From Candidatus Bathyarchaeota archaeon (GTDB lineage Archaea > Thermoproteota > CALKCG01 > B24), in assembly GCA_018396755.1 (NCBI GenBank), contig JAGTQM010000009.1, positions 6,775-70,774 on the forward strand: a stretch of 64,000 nucleotides of DNA, read 5' to 3'. Position 1 is the stretch's first letter. Every line of letters starts with the position of its first letter. Made by a program: the position numbers and the translations under genes. Positions 47,415 through 58,251 of the stretch are shown here, piece after piece. The notes under the pieces were generated by a model. That model ran no database searches. It was not told where the DNA came from and was given only the letters and a program-made list of their open reading frames with translations.

Positions 47415-47808
47415 TACAGAGTTTCTTTTCGCTTTAAACCCTAAAGATCGTAGGCACGACTATGCGATAAGATTACTTAAAGAGCTTAATGGCCTAATGG
47501 TGCCTGACACTGCCGTACTTGAGTTTCAAGCAGTTCTTAGAGCTCGTGGTAGAAGCCCATCTCAAGTGAGAATGGCACTATTAGCCCTGCATGACATTCT
47601 AATGCAGAACGGTGTGAAAGAAGTAAAGACTTTGAGCTTAAGCTTACTGGCGTTTCAGAGCGAACTTGAGGACAGGTATGGATTAAGCTACTTCGACAGC
47701 CTCATAGCTGCTTCAGCACTAACATTAGATCGACAAGTAGTTTCAGACGACGAAGCCTTTGACAGAGTCTCAAACCTTAAGAGAATACCGTTATCCTCGA
47801 CTAAGTGA
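47401..47808 (+). CDS. vapC: VapC PIN toxin
   Basis: IADTEFL, AVLE, SYFDSLIAA, VSDD. Confidence 0.85.
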   Translation: MPIADTEFLFALNPKDRRHDYAIRLLKELNGLMVPDTAVLEFQAVLRARGRSPSQVRMALLALHDILMQNGVKEVKTLSLSLLAFQSELEDRYGLSYFDSLIAASALTLDRQVVSDDEAFDRVSNLKRIPLSSTK

Positions 47809-48213
47809 AACCAGATTTTGTCAAGAAGCCTTAACTATGCTAAGTACCCAATCCTTTTTAACGCCGATCGACTTTGTTAGATCTAGCAGATGAAATAAAT
47901 ACTAAAAGTTCTAGAAAAAAAGTATTACTAGAAAACATGTTAAGAAGAATTACAGTTAGCCTATAATAGCGGTTAAGATTGAGGTTATATGTGAAGAAAC
48001 ATTGGCGACTTATTTCGAGTATATTGTCGATGCTTGTAGAATATGGTTTTTTACATCGACAGAAGAACAGGTAAAAGCTTCATCTACCTAATTTAGAAGC
48101 GTTTAAACTTTCTCCAATGAGAAGAATAGCAGCTTTTTGGGAAGAAGAATCTGTAGAATGTTGGTAGGCTTTTAGACTTATATTGTTGAATTCAGTATTA
48201 ACCTTCGATAGTT

Positions 48214-49266
48214 ATGCCTAGGGAATTGGTGTTAACTGCTCCTAGAACTCTCGAGTTTAGAGAGTATGAAGAGCCATCGCTTGAAGCTAAGCAGATTAGA
48301 GTTAAAAGCATTCTCACCGCTGAAAAGCATGGTACGAGTTTAGCGATTTACAGAGGTGAATCACCGTTTCATGTAAAACGTTACGATGACCGTTTAAAAC
48401 TCTTCATGCCGTTGGAGGAAGAAGAGAAGAGACGTGTGGTTTATCCATGTCATGTGGGGAATATGACTGTAGGTGTTGTCGTGGCGGCTGGCGAAGAAAC
48501 CTCGAAGTTTAAAGTTAGTGATAGAATCTACGGATATCTACCTGTTAGAGAGACACATACCGTTAATGAGAACTTTCCGTTTATCTGGAAGGCCCCGCCT
48601 GAGCTGAAAGACGAAGAACTCGTATGCGTAGATCCGGCGACCGTAGCGCTCATGGCTGTGAGAGAAGGATGTGTTCGAGTGGGAGATAATGTTGCCGTGT
48701 TTGGACTTGGAGCAATAGGTCTTATGGCTGTTCAAATGGTCAAGATAGCCGGGGCTACAAAAGTCATAGCGGTTGAACCTATAGAGTTGAGGATGAAAAT
48801 GGCTGAGAAATACGGTACAGATTGCGTTTTAAACCCGAGCAAATGCGACGTCGGATTGGAGATTAAAAAGCTTACGAATGATGTGGGAGTCGACGTCTCT
48901 ATAGAGACGAGCGGCTCCTATAGAGCATTACATCAAGCTATAAGATCAACTGCCTACGGTGGAAATATAGTTCCAGTTTCATGGTACCATGGTGACGCCG
49001 TAGGCTTAGACTTGGGTGAAGAGTGGCATTTCAACAGACAGATTATGGTTTCAGGTGCTAGGGTGGAGAGCGAACCTTATCGCGACCATCCCAGATGGAC
49101 GAGAAGCAGAGTCTATGCGACTGTTATCGAACTTTTTAAACGTAGAATGCTTACAGTTGAAGGTATGCTTAAACCCATCGTTCCATTCGACGATGCTATT
49201 GAAGCATATAGACTTATTGACGAAAAGCCAGAGGAAACAGTTAAGTTAGCTATAAGCTACGTGTGA
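48214..49266 (+). CDS. MDR-family (zinc-binding-like) dehydrogenase
   Basis: FGLGAIG Rossmann motif; GroES-like N-domain. Confidence 0.8.
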   Translation: MPRELVLTAPRTLEFREYEEPSLEAKQIRVKSILTAEKHGTSLAIYRGESPFHVKRYDDRLKLFMPLEEEEKRRVVYPCHVGNMTVGVVVAAGEETSKFKVSDRIYGYLPVRETHTVNENFPFIWKAPPELKDEELVCVDPATVALMAVREGCVRVGDNVAVFGLGAIGLMAVQMVKIAGATKVIAVEPIELRMKMAEKYGTDCVLNPSKCDVGLEIKKLTNDVGVDVSIETSGSYRALHQAIRSTAYGGNIVPVSWYHGDAVGLDLGEEWHFNRQIMVSGARVESEPYRDHPRWTRSRVYATVIELFKRRMLTVEGMLKPIVPFDDAIEAYRLIDEKPEETVKLAISYV

Positions 49267-49286
49267 TTTTGTCATAGAGGGAGATC

Positions 49287-49988
49287 GTGAAGGTTAAAGC
49301 GGCGTTTTTCGACGCTGGAGATACGCTTTTTTACTCTAAGGGAGGTCTTCCAGTTAGAGCTAGAGCGCTCACGGCTAAATTTAAAGAGCTGGGATATTCT
49401 CTAGATGAGGCAGATGTTTTAAACGCCATCAGAAAGGTGGCTGAGCATCTCGAAAAGTCGGATGTTGAATTCCACCGCAAGTATTGGATAAGCTTAACTC
49501 TTCTAAACCTTGGCATTAAGAGGAGGCACCACGATCTCATAGAGGCTCTTTACGAAGTCTATAGACAGACGTCCCTAGCGGATACGTTTATCTACGAAAA
49601 TGCTACGCAAGTTTTAGAAAAGCTTAAACGGCGTGGTTTCCTACTAGGTTTAATATCAAATACCACGGACTATGAAGGTCTTAAAGATGTTTTGAAGAAG
49701 TTTCAACTGTTTGATTTATTCGATTCAATAGCGGCATCCGCATTGACGACGTGGCGTAAACCCAGGAGTGAAATTTTCCACTACGCTTTAAATCAATTAG
49801 ATGTTAAACCATATGAAGCGGTACACATTGGAGATTCTTTGCGAAGAGACGTAGGAGGAGCTAAGGCAGTTGGCATGTATGCGATATGGAAGTTTAAAGA
49901 CGGAGAGAAATTAGAAGATTCAAACGTTAAACCAGACTTCATCATAAAAAATCTGAGTGAGGTTTTAGATTTACTAGAGCCGATTTAA
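49287..49988 (+). CDS. HAD-family hydrolase
   Basis: FDAGDTL, ISN, KP, HIGDS..RDV. Confidence 0.85.
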   Translation: MKVKAAFFDAGDTLFYSKGGLPVRARALTAKFKELGYSLDEADVLNAIRKVAEHLEKSDVEFHRKYWISLTLLNLGIKRRHHDLIEALYEVYRQTSLADTFIYENATQVLEKLKRRGFLLGLISNTTDYEGLKDVLKKFQLFDLFDSIAASALTTWRKPRSEIFHYALNQLDVKPYEAVHIGDSLRRDVGGAKAVGMYAIWKFKDGEKLEDSNVKPDFIIKNLSEVLDLLEPI

Positions 49989-50176
49989 GTAGCACTATAC
50001 AGTCTCATTACCTCAGTCAAACAAGAGTCTAACCGCTTCTCTAGTTTTTCTTCGATGCTAGGAGGAGGCTTTCCATAATATTAAATCTAAATACCCTTGC
50101 TGATCGTGTTGAATAATGCTCAACTTTACAAGTACAATACTCCTAAAAAGAGTTTTAAATTTGCAGTTGAAAATAT

Positions 50177-51922
50177 TTGAAATGTATGGTTGAGTTTAAG
50201 GAGCTGATCGAAGCCGCATTAGGCAAGAGGAAGCTTAGCGTTCTCTTCAAAAATGTAAATCTAGTGAACGTATATACTTGTGAAGTCTATAGGTCTAACG
50301 TAGGTGTTTTAGATGATAGAGTATGCTACGTGGGGGAGGATAACAGTTTCAAAGCCTTTGAAGTGGTTGATGGAAAAGACATGTTTCTAGCACCCGGCTT
50401 AATAGACTCCCACCTTCACATCGAGAGCAGTATGGTAACCCCATGGAGGTTTGCTGAAGCCGTATTACCTCGCGGCGTTACTACTGCTATCGCAGACCCC
50501 CATGAAATAGCTAATGTATTGGGTGTTGAAGGAGTTAAAGCTATGGTTGAAAATGCTAGTGGATTAAACTTTAAACTCTATTTTTGGTCTCCGACATGTG
50601 TCCCTTCACTACCCGGTTTTGAACATTCGGGTGCTGAGATAAGTTCTGGAGATGTTGCTGAAATGCTTAAAATGAATGGTGTTCTTGGGCTTGGCGAAGT
50701 CATGGATTACAGTGGAGTAGCGAATCTTTCCGAAAGAATGATGAATATTGTAGGTGTCGGTTTATCCTTTAAAGTCCCCATCGATGGACATGCACCCATG
50801 CTCAGAGGAAAAGTTTTGAATGCTTATCTAGCGTCCGGGGTTGAAGCAGATCATGAGAATTTCACGGTTGACGAGGTTGTTGAGAAAGCTAGGCTTGGAC
50901 TGTGGGTTAAGATTCGTAGACATCTTGCAGAATCCGAGGGTTTCATAATGGCCGTTAAGAACAGTGGGATAGTAGCTAGACTTATACTAGTTACAGATGA
51001 TACGTCGCCGGATTTATTAGTTGAAAGAGGACACTTGGACGGTGTTGTAAGAAGCGCTATTGAGAATGGATTAGATCCCGTAGAAGCGATTCAGGCGGCG
51101 ACAATTAGACCCGCTCAACATTTAAGACTCTACGATATAGGGGGTATAGCTCCAGGTAAACTTGCAGACTTAATTCTACTGAAAAACCTTGAAAAATTCG
51201 AAGTCCTAGACGTTTACTCAAATGGTAAATTGACGGCCAGAGATGGAAAACTCGCAGTTCAAACGGCTCCGAGGCTGTTTCCAGAATGGGCTAAGAAGAC
51301 GGTTAAGACGCCCAATTTAAAAGTTGAAGACTTTATGGTTAAAGCCCCTATACAGCATGGCTCAGCTTACGTGAATATAATAGAGGCTAGGGGGTTTGAA
51401 ACGCGGCTTAAAGAGGATATGCTTCCAATTGAAAATGGTTTTATCCAGCTTCTAAACTATGCGTTAGCAGTCGTCATCGAACGGCATGGAAAAACCGGTG
51501 GCACAGCCAAAGCATTGATAGATGGGTTGAACATTAGAAGAGGGGCCGTAGCGTCAACCGTTGCACACGACTCCCATAATATGGTTGTCTTAGGTAAATC
51601 GCCGTTCGACATGTTGAAGGCGTGGGAGGTTCTCAGAGATACGCAGGGAGGCTATATTGCTGTTTCAAATGGAGAAATACTGTCTATTTTAAAGCTACCG
51701 GTCGCCGGATTGATGAGTGAAGAACCTATTGAAAAAGTCGCAGAACAATTTAAAAAGTTTAGGGAGGCTGAGAAGCGGTTGGGTTTGGAGGAGGAGGCAC
51801 CGATACCATTGATAAGTTTACTAACACTACCGGTTATACCTCACGTTAGAATTACAGATAGAGGATTGTTCGACGTAGACAGGGGTGAGCTTATTCCTCT
51901 AATTAAAGAAGTTACCGTTTGA
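50177..51922 (+). CDS. ade: adenine deaminase
   Basis: DSHLHIESS, DPHEIANV, GEVMD, DGHAP, TDD, AHDSHN. Confidence 0.85.
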   Translation: MKCMVEFKELIEAALGKRKLSVLFKNVNLVNVYTCEVYRSNVGVLDDRVCYVGEDNSFKAFEVVDGKDMFLAPGLIDSHLHIESSMVTPWRFAEAVLPRGVTTAIADPHEIANVLGVEGVKAMVENASGLNFKLYFWSPTCVPSLPGFEHSGAEISSGDVAEMLKMNGVLGLGEVMDYSGVANLSERMMNIVGVGLSFKVPIDGHAPMLRGKVLNAYLASGVEADHENFTVDEVVEKARLGLWVKIRRHLAESEGFIMAVKNSGIVARLILVTDDTSPDLLVERGHLDGVVRSAIENGLDPVEAIQAATIRPAQHLRLYDIGGIAPGKLADLILLKNLEKFEVLDVYSNGKLTARDGKLAVQTAPRLFPEWAKKTVKTPNLKVEDFMVKAPIQHGSAYVNIIEARGFETRLKEDMLPIENGFIQLLNYALAVVIERHGKTGGTAKALIDGLNIRRGAVASTVAHDSHNMVVLGKSPFDMLKAWEVLRDTQGGYIAVSNGEILSILKLPVAGLMSEEPIEKVAEQFKKFREAEKRLGLEEEAPIPLISLLTLPVIPHVRITDRGLFDVDRGELIPLIKEVTV

Positions 51923-52991
51923 AAGTGCCGTATTTTAAAGCCACCTCATATAGTGCTATTATATTGTCTACGGGAGTGTCTGGCTGTATTGCATGTGTTG
52001 GCCCTAGGATTAAACCCGTAGGTCCTAGTTCTTCTATTCTCTGTTTAACTTCTCTAGCTACGTCCTCCCGCGTTCCGAATGGTAGTGTGCTTTGAACGCC
52101 TATTGTTCCTTCGAAGCAGAGCCTATCTCCGTATAGTCTTTTAAGCTTAACGGGGTCCATGCATTCGGGTTGAACTGGATTAAGTATGTCTACGCCTATC
52201 TCGATCAGGTCTGGGATTATCGGCTCTATCCATCCGTCGCTGTGGAAGTGGAAGAATACGCCGTATCTGTGACATAGGTCGATAAGCTCCTTATACCTAG
52301 GCTTTAAGAGGCGCCTCCACATTTCAGGAGACATCATCATACCCTTCTGCATACCGACATCATCACCATCATATATTACGTCCACATCGGCCTCGCATAG
52401 AAGCTTAGCCTGCTGCATTCGAATCTTATGAAGACCATCCAGTACGGCGTTAACGTAGCTCGGCTTAGTGAACATGAATTTCATAATCTCCTTAAAGCCT
52501 ACAAGCTGCCAAGCAATCTCCCACATGTGTTCAACACCTCCGCAGAGACAGTAGTCTTCGTATATTCTACGGGCTTTAACCACAGCATTAAAATCTTCCA
52601 CCGATACTTCAGGCCACTTGTACTCTTCAAGTGGAATATACTGTAATGGATGCTTGTGATACGTGTATGTGTATGTTCTATTTGGTGCCCAAATGCTCTC
52701 TACACCCCATAGATCCCTCCTAATCTCAAACCCCGTGTATTCACCGATCATATAGGCAGGTCCATAAGGTCCCTCTTTAACCTCAACATTCTTAGGAAGA
52801 TAGCCGCCTTTAATACCTATACCAGCTCCTCTAATGTCTATGTTTAGAACCCTGTAGAGGTCTTCTGCATTTGAAAGTTTAAACCTCTCCATAAGTGCTT
52901 TAAAGGGTTCAGGCCTACTTCTGAATACTAGGGGGATCCTATCAAGTTCTTCATGGCGTATACTTCTAATGCAGCGTTCTCTAGAGTTCAA
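51912..52991 (-). CDS. uroporphyrinogen decarboxylase/MtaA-family protein
   Basis: GDDVG.Q, HSDG, LNPVQPECMD, GPTHAIQ. Confidence 0.8.
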   Translation of the reverse strand: MNSRERCIRSIRHEELDRIPLVFRSRPEPFKALMERFKLSNAEDLYRVLNIDIRGAGIGIKGGYLPKNVEVKEGPYGPAYMIGEYTGFEIRRDLWGVESIWAPNRTYTYTYHKHPLQYIPLEEYKWPEVSVEDFNAVVKARRIYEDYCLCGGVEHMWEIAWQLVGFKEIMKFMFTKPSYVNAVLDGLHKIRMQQAKLLCEADVDVIYDGDDVGMQKGMMMSPEMWRRLLKPRYKELIDLCHRYGVFFHFHSDGWIEPIIPDLIEIGVDILNPVQPECMDPVKLKRLYGDRLCFEGTIGVQSTLPFGTREDVAREVKQRIEELGPTGLILGPTHAIQPDTPVDNIIALYEVALKYGTFKR

Positions 52992-53110
52992 ACCTGCAAC
53001 CTCCTAAAGCAAGATAATGTTTCCAGGGGATAATAAATGAAACGTAGGTAGTGTCGAAGGTGAAAACTCTTATAGATCCGCTATAGAAAATAATTCGGGT
53101 GTTTTAGACC

Positions 53111-54061
53111 ATGTTTAGTGTAAATCAAGGAGCTTTAAGACTACTCGAGGAAATGATTTCAAACCCTGAATATTACGGTGTTAAAGTGGAAAAGATTGAA
53201 AACGGTGGAGTGATCGTAGACGCTGGTGTTAAAGCTAGAGGAGGATATGAAGCTGGTTTGAAGATAATCGAGGTCTGCATGGGTGGGTTGGGTAAAGCGT
53301 GTTTAACCGTCCAACAGTACGGCGATCTCGTACTACCAGCTGTAGTGGTTTATACGGATGAACCGTGTATAGCTACACTAGGTTCACAGTTTGCAGGATG
53401 GAGGATTAAAGTTGGAGACTTTTTTGCATTAGGTTCAGGTCCGGCAAGAGCCATATCTCAAGAGCCTGAAGAACTCTACCGTAAAATCCAGTATAAAGAT
53501 GAAGTTGACGTAGCAGTTATAATATTTGAAACAGATAAATATCCCTCAGCAGATGTCTTCAAATACATAGCCGATAAATGCCACGTAGATCCCAGCAAGG
53601 TTTACTCGGTGATAACACCAACATATAGTATAGCTGGATGTACGCAGATATCTGGACGTATAGTTGAAACAGGTATTCATAAGCTTACTGAACTTGGATT
53701 CGATCCTAGGAAGATAATTTATGGTGCTGGAGTTGCTCCAATAGCACCCATACATCCCAAGTTTGCAAGAGCCATGGGTAGGACAAACGACGTTATAATA
53801 GCTTCAGGTCAAGTCTTCCTAACGGTAGACTACGACGGAACGGACCTAGAGGATTATGTTGAGAAGACGCCTTCCTCAGCTTCAAAAATCTACGGTAAAC
53901 CCTTCTTTGAAATATTCAAGGAAGCTGGTTACGACTTCTACAAGATAGACCCAGCCATATTCAGCCCAGCCCATTTAACAGTCAGCAACATTAGAGATGG
54001 GAAAGTATACACTGCGGGTAAAATCGATGTGGGACTCTTAAAGAAGTCTCTAGGAGTTTAA
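53111..54061 (+). CDS. mch: methenyltetrahydromethanopterin cyclohydrolase
   Basis: DAGV..GG, CMGGL, GSQFAGW, GSGPARA, GRTND, FYKIDP. Confidence 0.92.
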   Translation: MFSVNQGALRLLEEMISNPEYYGVKVEKIENGGVIVDAGVKARGGYEAGLKIIEVCMGGLGKACLTVQQYGDLVLPAVVVYTDEPCIATLGSQFAGWRIKVGDFFALGSGPARAISQEPEELYRKIQYKDEVDVAVIIFETDKYPSADVFKYIADKCHVDPSKVYSVITPTYSIAGCTQISGRIVETGIHKLTELGFDPRKIIYGAGVAPIAPIHPKFARAMGRTNDVIIASGQVFLTVDYDGTDLEDYVEKTPSSASKIYGKPFFEIFKEAGYDFYKIDPAIFSPAHLTVSNIRDGKVYTAGKIDVGLLKKSLGV

Positions 54062-54252
54062 CATGGCAAACGGGAAAACGACATCTAAGGGAGGCTGGAG
54101 GTTTACATATCTTTTCTAAATCTTTCTTCAGCAAAATTTAGAACATTAATACGTATCATATCCATCTCTGAGAACTCTACAATAGGCATACCTAGTTCGC
54201 TTTAAGTTAAACCGTAGTTACCAAATGCTACGCTTTAAATGATCAACGGTAG

Positions 54253-55236
54253 TTAGTAACATAGTAGTACGCCGAGTATCTCCTCTTTCCGCTCCATTAT
54301 AAGCCTATACGCTTCAGGGGCTTTTTCAACTGGCAATTTTAAGCTTATAAGCTCTTTAACCTTAAGCCTGCCTTTAGTTATAAGTTTCAAGGTAAGCTTC
54401 ATATCGTCTTTGTCGGTCCAGAAGTGCGGTAGAGATTCGTACTTAGGTCTTACGCTGTTATGAGCACCTATTATTACTAGACCTTTTCTATGAACTGGCA
54501 TGTAGAAGTTAACAGTTGATAATCCCCTCGGACTGCCCAAGATCACAACTCTACCGAGCTTACCAGCCATGTTTAAAGCTGTAGGTATGGCGTTTGGATT
54601 TCCAGTAGCCTCTATGACGACGTCCGCTCCACGTCCATCTGTTAAACGCATAATTTCCTCGACAGCATCTGCTTCGGTTGGATTCAGAGCATAGTCTGCT
54701 CCGAGTCTAGTCGATAACTTAAGACGACTGTCGATCACGTCTACAGCTATAAGTGGGAAAGCGCCGCTTAACGCTGCAAACTGAGTAGCCAATAACCCTA
54801 TGAGACCTTGACCTACGACTACTACTGAGCTACCGAGCTCTATGAAGCCTTTCCTAACTCCTTGTAAAGCTATTGCTGCTATGTTGAAGAAAGAGGCTTC
54901 CTCAGCTGATAGCCCCTCTGGAGTTTTCAAAGCCTCGCTTTCATGAACAAGTACGTGACTACTGTGTCTAGATGGCGAAGCCACAACATCACCAGGCTTA
55001 AAATCTTTAACGTTTTCACCAACTTCCTCTACAATACCTATGTTCGAGTAGCCTGGATATTGTGGGAAAATGCCAGTTGTATTCGGTAAAGCCATGAGAA
55101 ATGCTGTTTCAGTACCAGGACTTATAAGGCTACAGATTGTTTTGACGAGTAGATAGCCTGACTGTGGCTTACCAATTTTAAGCTCTTCAACATCAACAAC
55201 CCCTCTACTTTTAAAGACGACGCATTTAGCTTTCAT
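54253..55236 (-). CDS. MDR-family dehydrogenase
   Basis: ISPGTE, YPGYS, GQGLIG, IEATG. Confidence 0.8.
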   Translation of the reverse strand: MKAKCVVFKSRGVVDVEELKIGKPQSGYLLVKTICSLISPGTETAFLMALPNTTGIFPQYPGYSNIGIVEEVGENVKDFKPGDVVASPSRHSSHVLVHESEALKTPEGLSAEEASFFNIAAIALQGVRKGFIELGSSVVVVGQGLIGLLATQFAALSGAFPLIAVDVIDSRLKLSTRLGADYALNPTEADAVEEIMRLTDGRGADVVIEATGNPNAIPTALNMAGKLGRVVILGSPRGLSTVNFYMPVHRKGLVIIGAHNSVRPKYESLPHFWTDKDDMKLTLKLITKGRLKVKELISLKLPVEKAPEAYRLIMERKEEILGVLLCY

Positions 55237-55579
55237 AGCGACATTTAAGAATTAGATGTGGAAGCGCTTAAAAATAATACTCATTTAAAGCTGAGCGATC
55301 ATTGGAATCTTCTTTAAACTCTTCTAATAAGCTTCTCAATACTCCGTTAACTGAGGGGTTTGCAAGTCTCACCGTTTCAATAGAAAATGGCTATTTTACA
55401 AAGTCCAAACGGCTCCCTGCTTAATCTGAAAGAGGCATAAGAATAATAGTTTCTAGTCGAAGTAGAGTACCCCTAGAAATCTCCTCTTTCTCTATATGGA
55501 AGCTTATGGGTCTCAGTTATGGGGAATTTTAAACTCATCTGCATGAACATCGGATATCGGCTCTTACATTGTAGTCCAC

Positions 55580-56245
55580 CTAAGATTTCTTAGACTTTGA
55601 GGGAGTTCTAATTTTAGCCAAGAATATCAACGCTACACCGGTGCAACTAATTCCCATACCTGCAATTGGGTCCGACTTATTTTCAACGACCATAACTTTT
55701 CTATCTGTATCGAATGCTGCGATCGCGTCTCCCACCCACTGATACCACCAAAGCTCTAGCTCATGCTCACCAGCTTTAACTTCTACTGTTACACGTCCAG
55801 AATTAGCCCCTTGCCACTCTTCGATAACACTCCATTTATCTATTATGAGTTTACCGTCTATATACAGTCTAACGCCATCACCACTGACGACTTCAAACCA
55901 TACATATCCATCTATCGGCGTGTAGAGCTTAGCCTTAGCTATAAACCCTATATTCGTCTGGAAACCGCCCCATTGAGCCCCTGGAAGTTCTAAAATAATT
56001 GGTTCCCTACCCCAATTATGGAAAAAAGTGGGTTCAAACGTTGAATTTCTTAAAAATGACCCCGTAAACCCTTCTTCAGTAGGCTCTAAAGGGATATAGT
56101 ACCATGATACGGCCCAATTGGATATCTCAATCATATAGTTAGACGCTACAATTTCCTCCTTAAAAGGGATAACGGCTATAGCAACACCGGACACTAAAAC
56201 GGCAAAACCAATCCAGAAAACCGTTTTTAAAAAATCCAAATACAC
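55580..56245 (-). CDS. membrane-anchored PA14-like domain protein
   Basis: SGDGVRLYIDGKLIIDKW, GEHELEL.WYQ..G; TM helix at each end. Confidence 0.65.
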   Translation of the reverse strand: MYLDFLKTVFWIGFAVLVSGVAIAVIPFKEEIVASNYMIEISNWAVSWYYIPLEPTEEGFTGSFLRNSTFEPTFFHNWGREPIILELPGAQWGGFQTNIGFIAKAKLYTPIDGYVWFEVVSGDGVRLYIDGKLIIDKWSVIEEWQGANSGRVTVEVKAGEHELELWWYQWVGDAIAAFDTDRKVMVVENKSDPIAGMGISCTGVALIFLAKIRTPSKSKKS

Positions 56246-56452
56246 CCATTTTAATGAAGGCTTACCGAGTTATATAAACTTTCAACCACAGCCGGAGAAA
56301 ATCTAGCAAATTCACTACTTTTCTAAGCTTCATTATATACTCCACTTGGAAACGAATACCATCATCGATGCTTCTATGGAAGATAGGAGTCGGAGCACTT
56401 AGCACAGCTACTTTAAATCATATCAGTCTTTTCATAGAAATATTCTTCCTCT

Positions 56453-56596
56453 ATGTTAGACATCCAACTTGCAGAAATAGTATTCAAAAAAAAGACCATA
56501 GACAGGTTTACGATTAGGGAAGCTAGCAGCTCTAAGGTGGGCTTTGAATACGTTTACGAGAGAAATGGACTGCTCTACTTCAGAAAACGTAAATAA
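56453..56596 (+). pseudogene. tyrosine integrase C-terminal relic
   Basis: IQLAEIVF..DRFTIREA..VGFEYVYERNGLLYFRKRK*, tail typical of Bathyarchaeia-type integrases (from memory). Confidence 0.55.
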
Positions 56597-56629
56597 GCAC
56601 CGGAGACTTAACCCAAACGGTGAAAAGCA

Positions 56630-57397
56630 GTGAAAATAATGGTTTGTGGTAAAGGGGGAACAGGTAAAACAGCGTTAACAGTTCTCATGGCGAAGGTTTT
56701 AACCGGGAAATATAGGGTTTACATAGTGGATTCAGATGAATCTAATATTCTCCTACCTAAGCTTCTAGGTGTGAATCCACCTACTCCTTTGATCGAGTAT
56801 ATTGGCGGTAAGATGGATGAAGAGGAACTGGAGAGGAGAGAAATCGATATAACTAAAATCCTCGCTAAAACCGGTTCAGGTGTGAGGCTAAGCTCATTGC
56901 CTAATGAGTACATATCATACTCTAAGGAAAATATTGGACTTATTACAATAGGTAAGGTGAGAGAGTATGGTGAAGGATGCGCATGCCCATTCAATATTCT
57001 GACGAGAATCGTTTTGAAAAACTTGGTTTTAGAGGATGACGAGGTTGTTCTAGTGGATACGGATGCTGGTATAGAGCACGTAGGTAGAAGAGTGGAGGAG
57101 ACCGTAGACTGTCTGGTGATAATTGTAGACCCTACGGCTGAATCTCTTCATTCGGCCGTGCTTCTCAGAGACATAGCTTCCAACCTAGGTAAACGCTACT
57201 GGATTATAGCCAATAAGGTTACTCCTAGAGTTTGGGCTATTATTAAAAGAGAGGCTGAGAAGCTTAAAGTCAAAATAGATGGAGCTGTAAGGTTTGACGA
57301 CGACTTATACGAATCTGTTTTACTGGGGGAGGCGATTAAGTCCACGATAGCATTGGAAGACGTTGAGAAGATTCTGAAGAATATTATGCTTATTTAA
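56630..57397 (+). CDS. cooC: CooC-like Ni-insertion ATPase
   Basis: GKGGTGKT, GCACP, DTDAGIEH. Confidence 0.85.
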   Translation: MKIMVCGKGGTGKTALTVLMAKVLTGKYRVYIVDSDESNILLPKLLGVNPPTPLIEYIGGKMDEEELERREIDITKILAKTGSGVRLSSLPNEYISYSKENIGLITIGKVREYGEGCACPFNILTRIVLKNLVLEDDEVVLVDTDAGIEHVGRRVEETVDCLVIIVDPTAESLHSAVLLRDIASNLGKRYWIIANKVTPRVWAIIKREAEKLKVKIDGAVRFDDDLYESVLLGEAIKSTIALEDVEKILKNIMLI

Positions 57398-57440
57398 GAG
57401 ATGATAAAGTTTAAGGAGAATGCTGCGATCATCATAATCG

Positions 57441-58220
57441 TTGACTTCTCCGAGGACACGTTTATTTGAATTCACACGTGAAGTGCTTAGTAGAACCGGT
57501 AGAATCGTCGTGATAGGTGATATACACGGCGATTACAGCGTAATAAATCCCATCATGAAGATGGCTGAAGATGAAGAGAATTTTCTCGTCTTCCTCGGAG
57601 ACTACGCCGATAGGGGGAGACATGGGGTAGAAGTTGTAGAAACCGTGGCTACGCTTTTGAGAAAGTATCCTGAGAGGGTTTTAGCGTTAAAAGGTAATCA
57701 TGAAGATTATACTGAAGATGGAGCACCAAGGTTTTATCCATGCGATCTAATAAGAGAGGCGAGGAAGAAGGGGAGGGATTGGATTACCTATTTTCGCGGC
57801 GAGTTTAAACCGTTTGTTGAGCAGTTATATTTAGCCGCGGCAATACCTAACGAGGTTCTTCTAGTTCATGGAGGGGTTTCGAGTAAAATCGTAAGTCTGG
57901 AAGACCTTAGAAGACCGGTGAAAGTTGTTGAAGCGGATGTCCTTTGGTCCGACCCATTTGAAGGATATGGAGAATATCCGAATAGGAGGGGGGTTGGAGT
58001 CGAATTTGGAGTTGATGTAACTGAACGGGTATGTCGAAGTTTAGGGGTTAAGAGGATTGTTAGAAGCCATGAGCCTATGAAAGCCTTAAACGGGTATTAC
58101 TCTGAGCATGGTGGAAGAGTCATTACGATAAGTTCAACTAGCGTCTACCATGGTAGGCCGTTCGTCCTCACGATCAATCCGAAAAACCCTTCGGAAGTAT
58201 CTCAGGTCTTTCTAAGATAA
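57441..58220 (+). CDS. PPP-family Ser/Thr protein phosphatase
   Basis: GDIHG, GDYADRG, GNHE, LWSDP, RSHE. Confidence 0.85.
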   Translation: MTSPRTRLFEFTREVLSRTGRIVVIGDIHGDYSVINPIMKMAEDEENFLVFLGDYADRGRHGVEVVETVATLLRKYPERVLALKGNHEDYTEDGAPRFYPCDLIREARKKGRDWITYFRGEFKPFVEQLYLAAAIPNEVLLVHGGVSSKIVSLEDLRRPVKVVEADVLWSDPFEGYGEYPNRRGVGVEFGVDVTERVCRSLGVKRIVRSHEPMKALNGYYSEHGGRVITISSTSVYHGRPFVLTINPKNPSEVSQVFLR

Positions 58221-58251
58221 CTTCAGTTTAAACCAGAAGAGATACCCCCGT

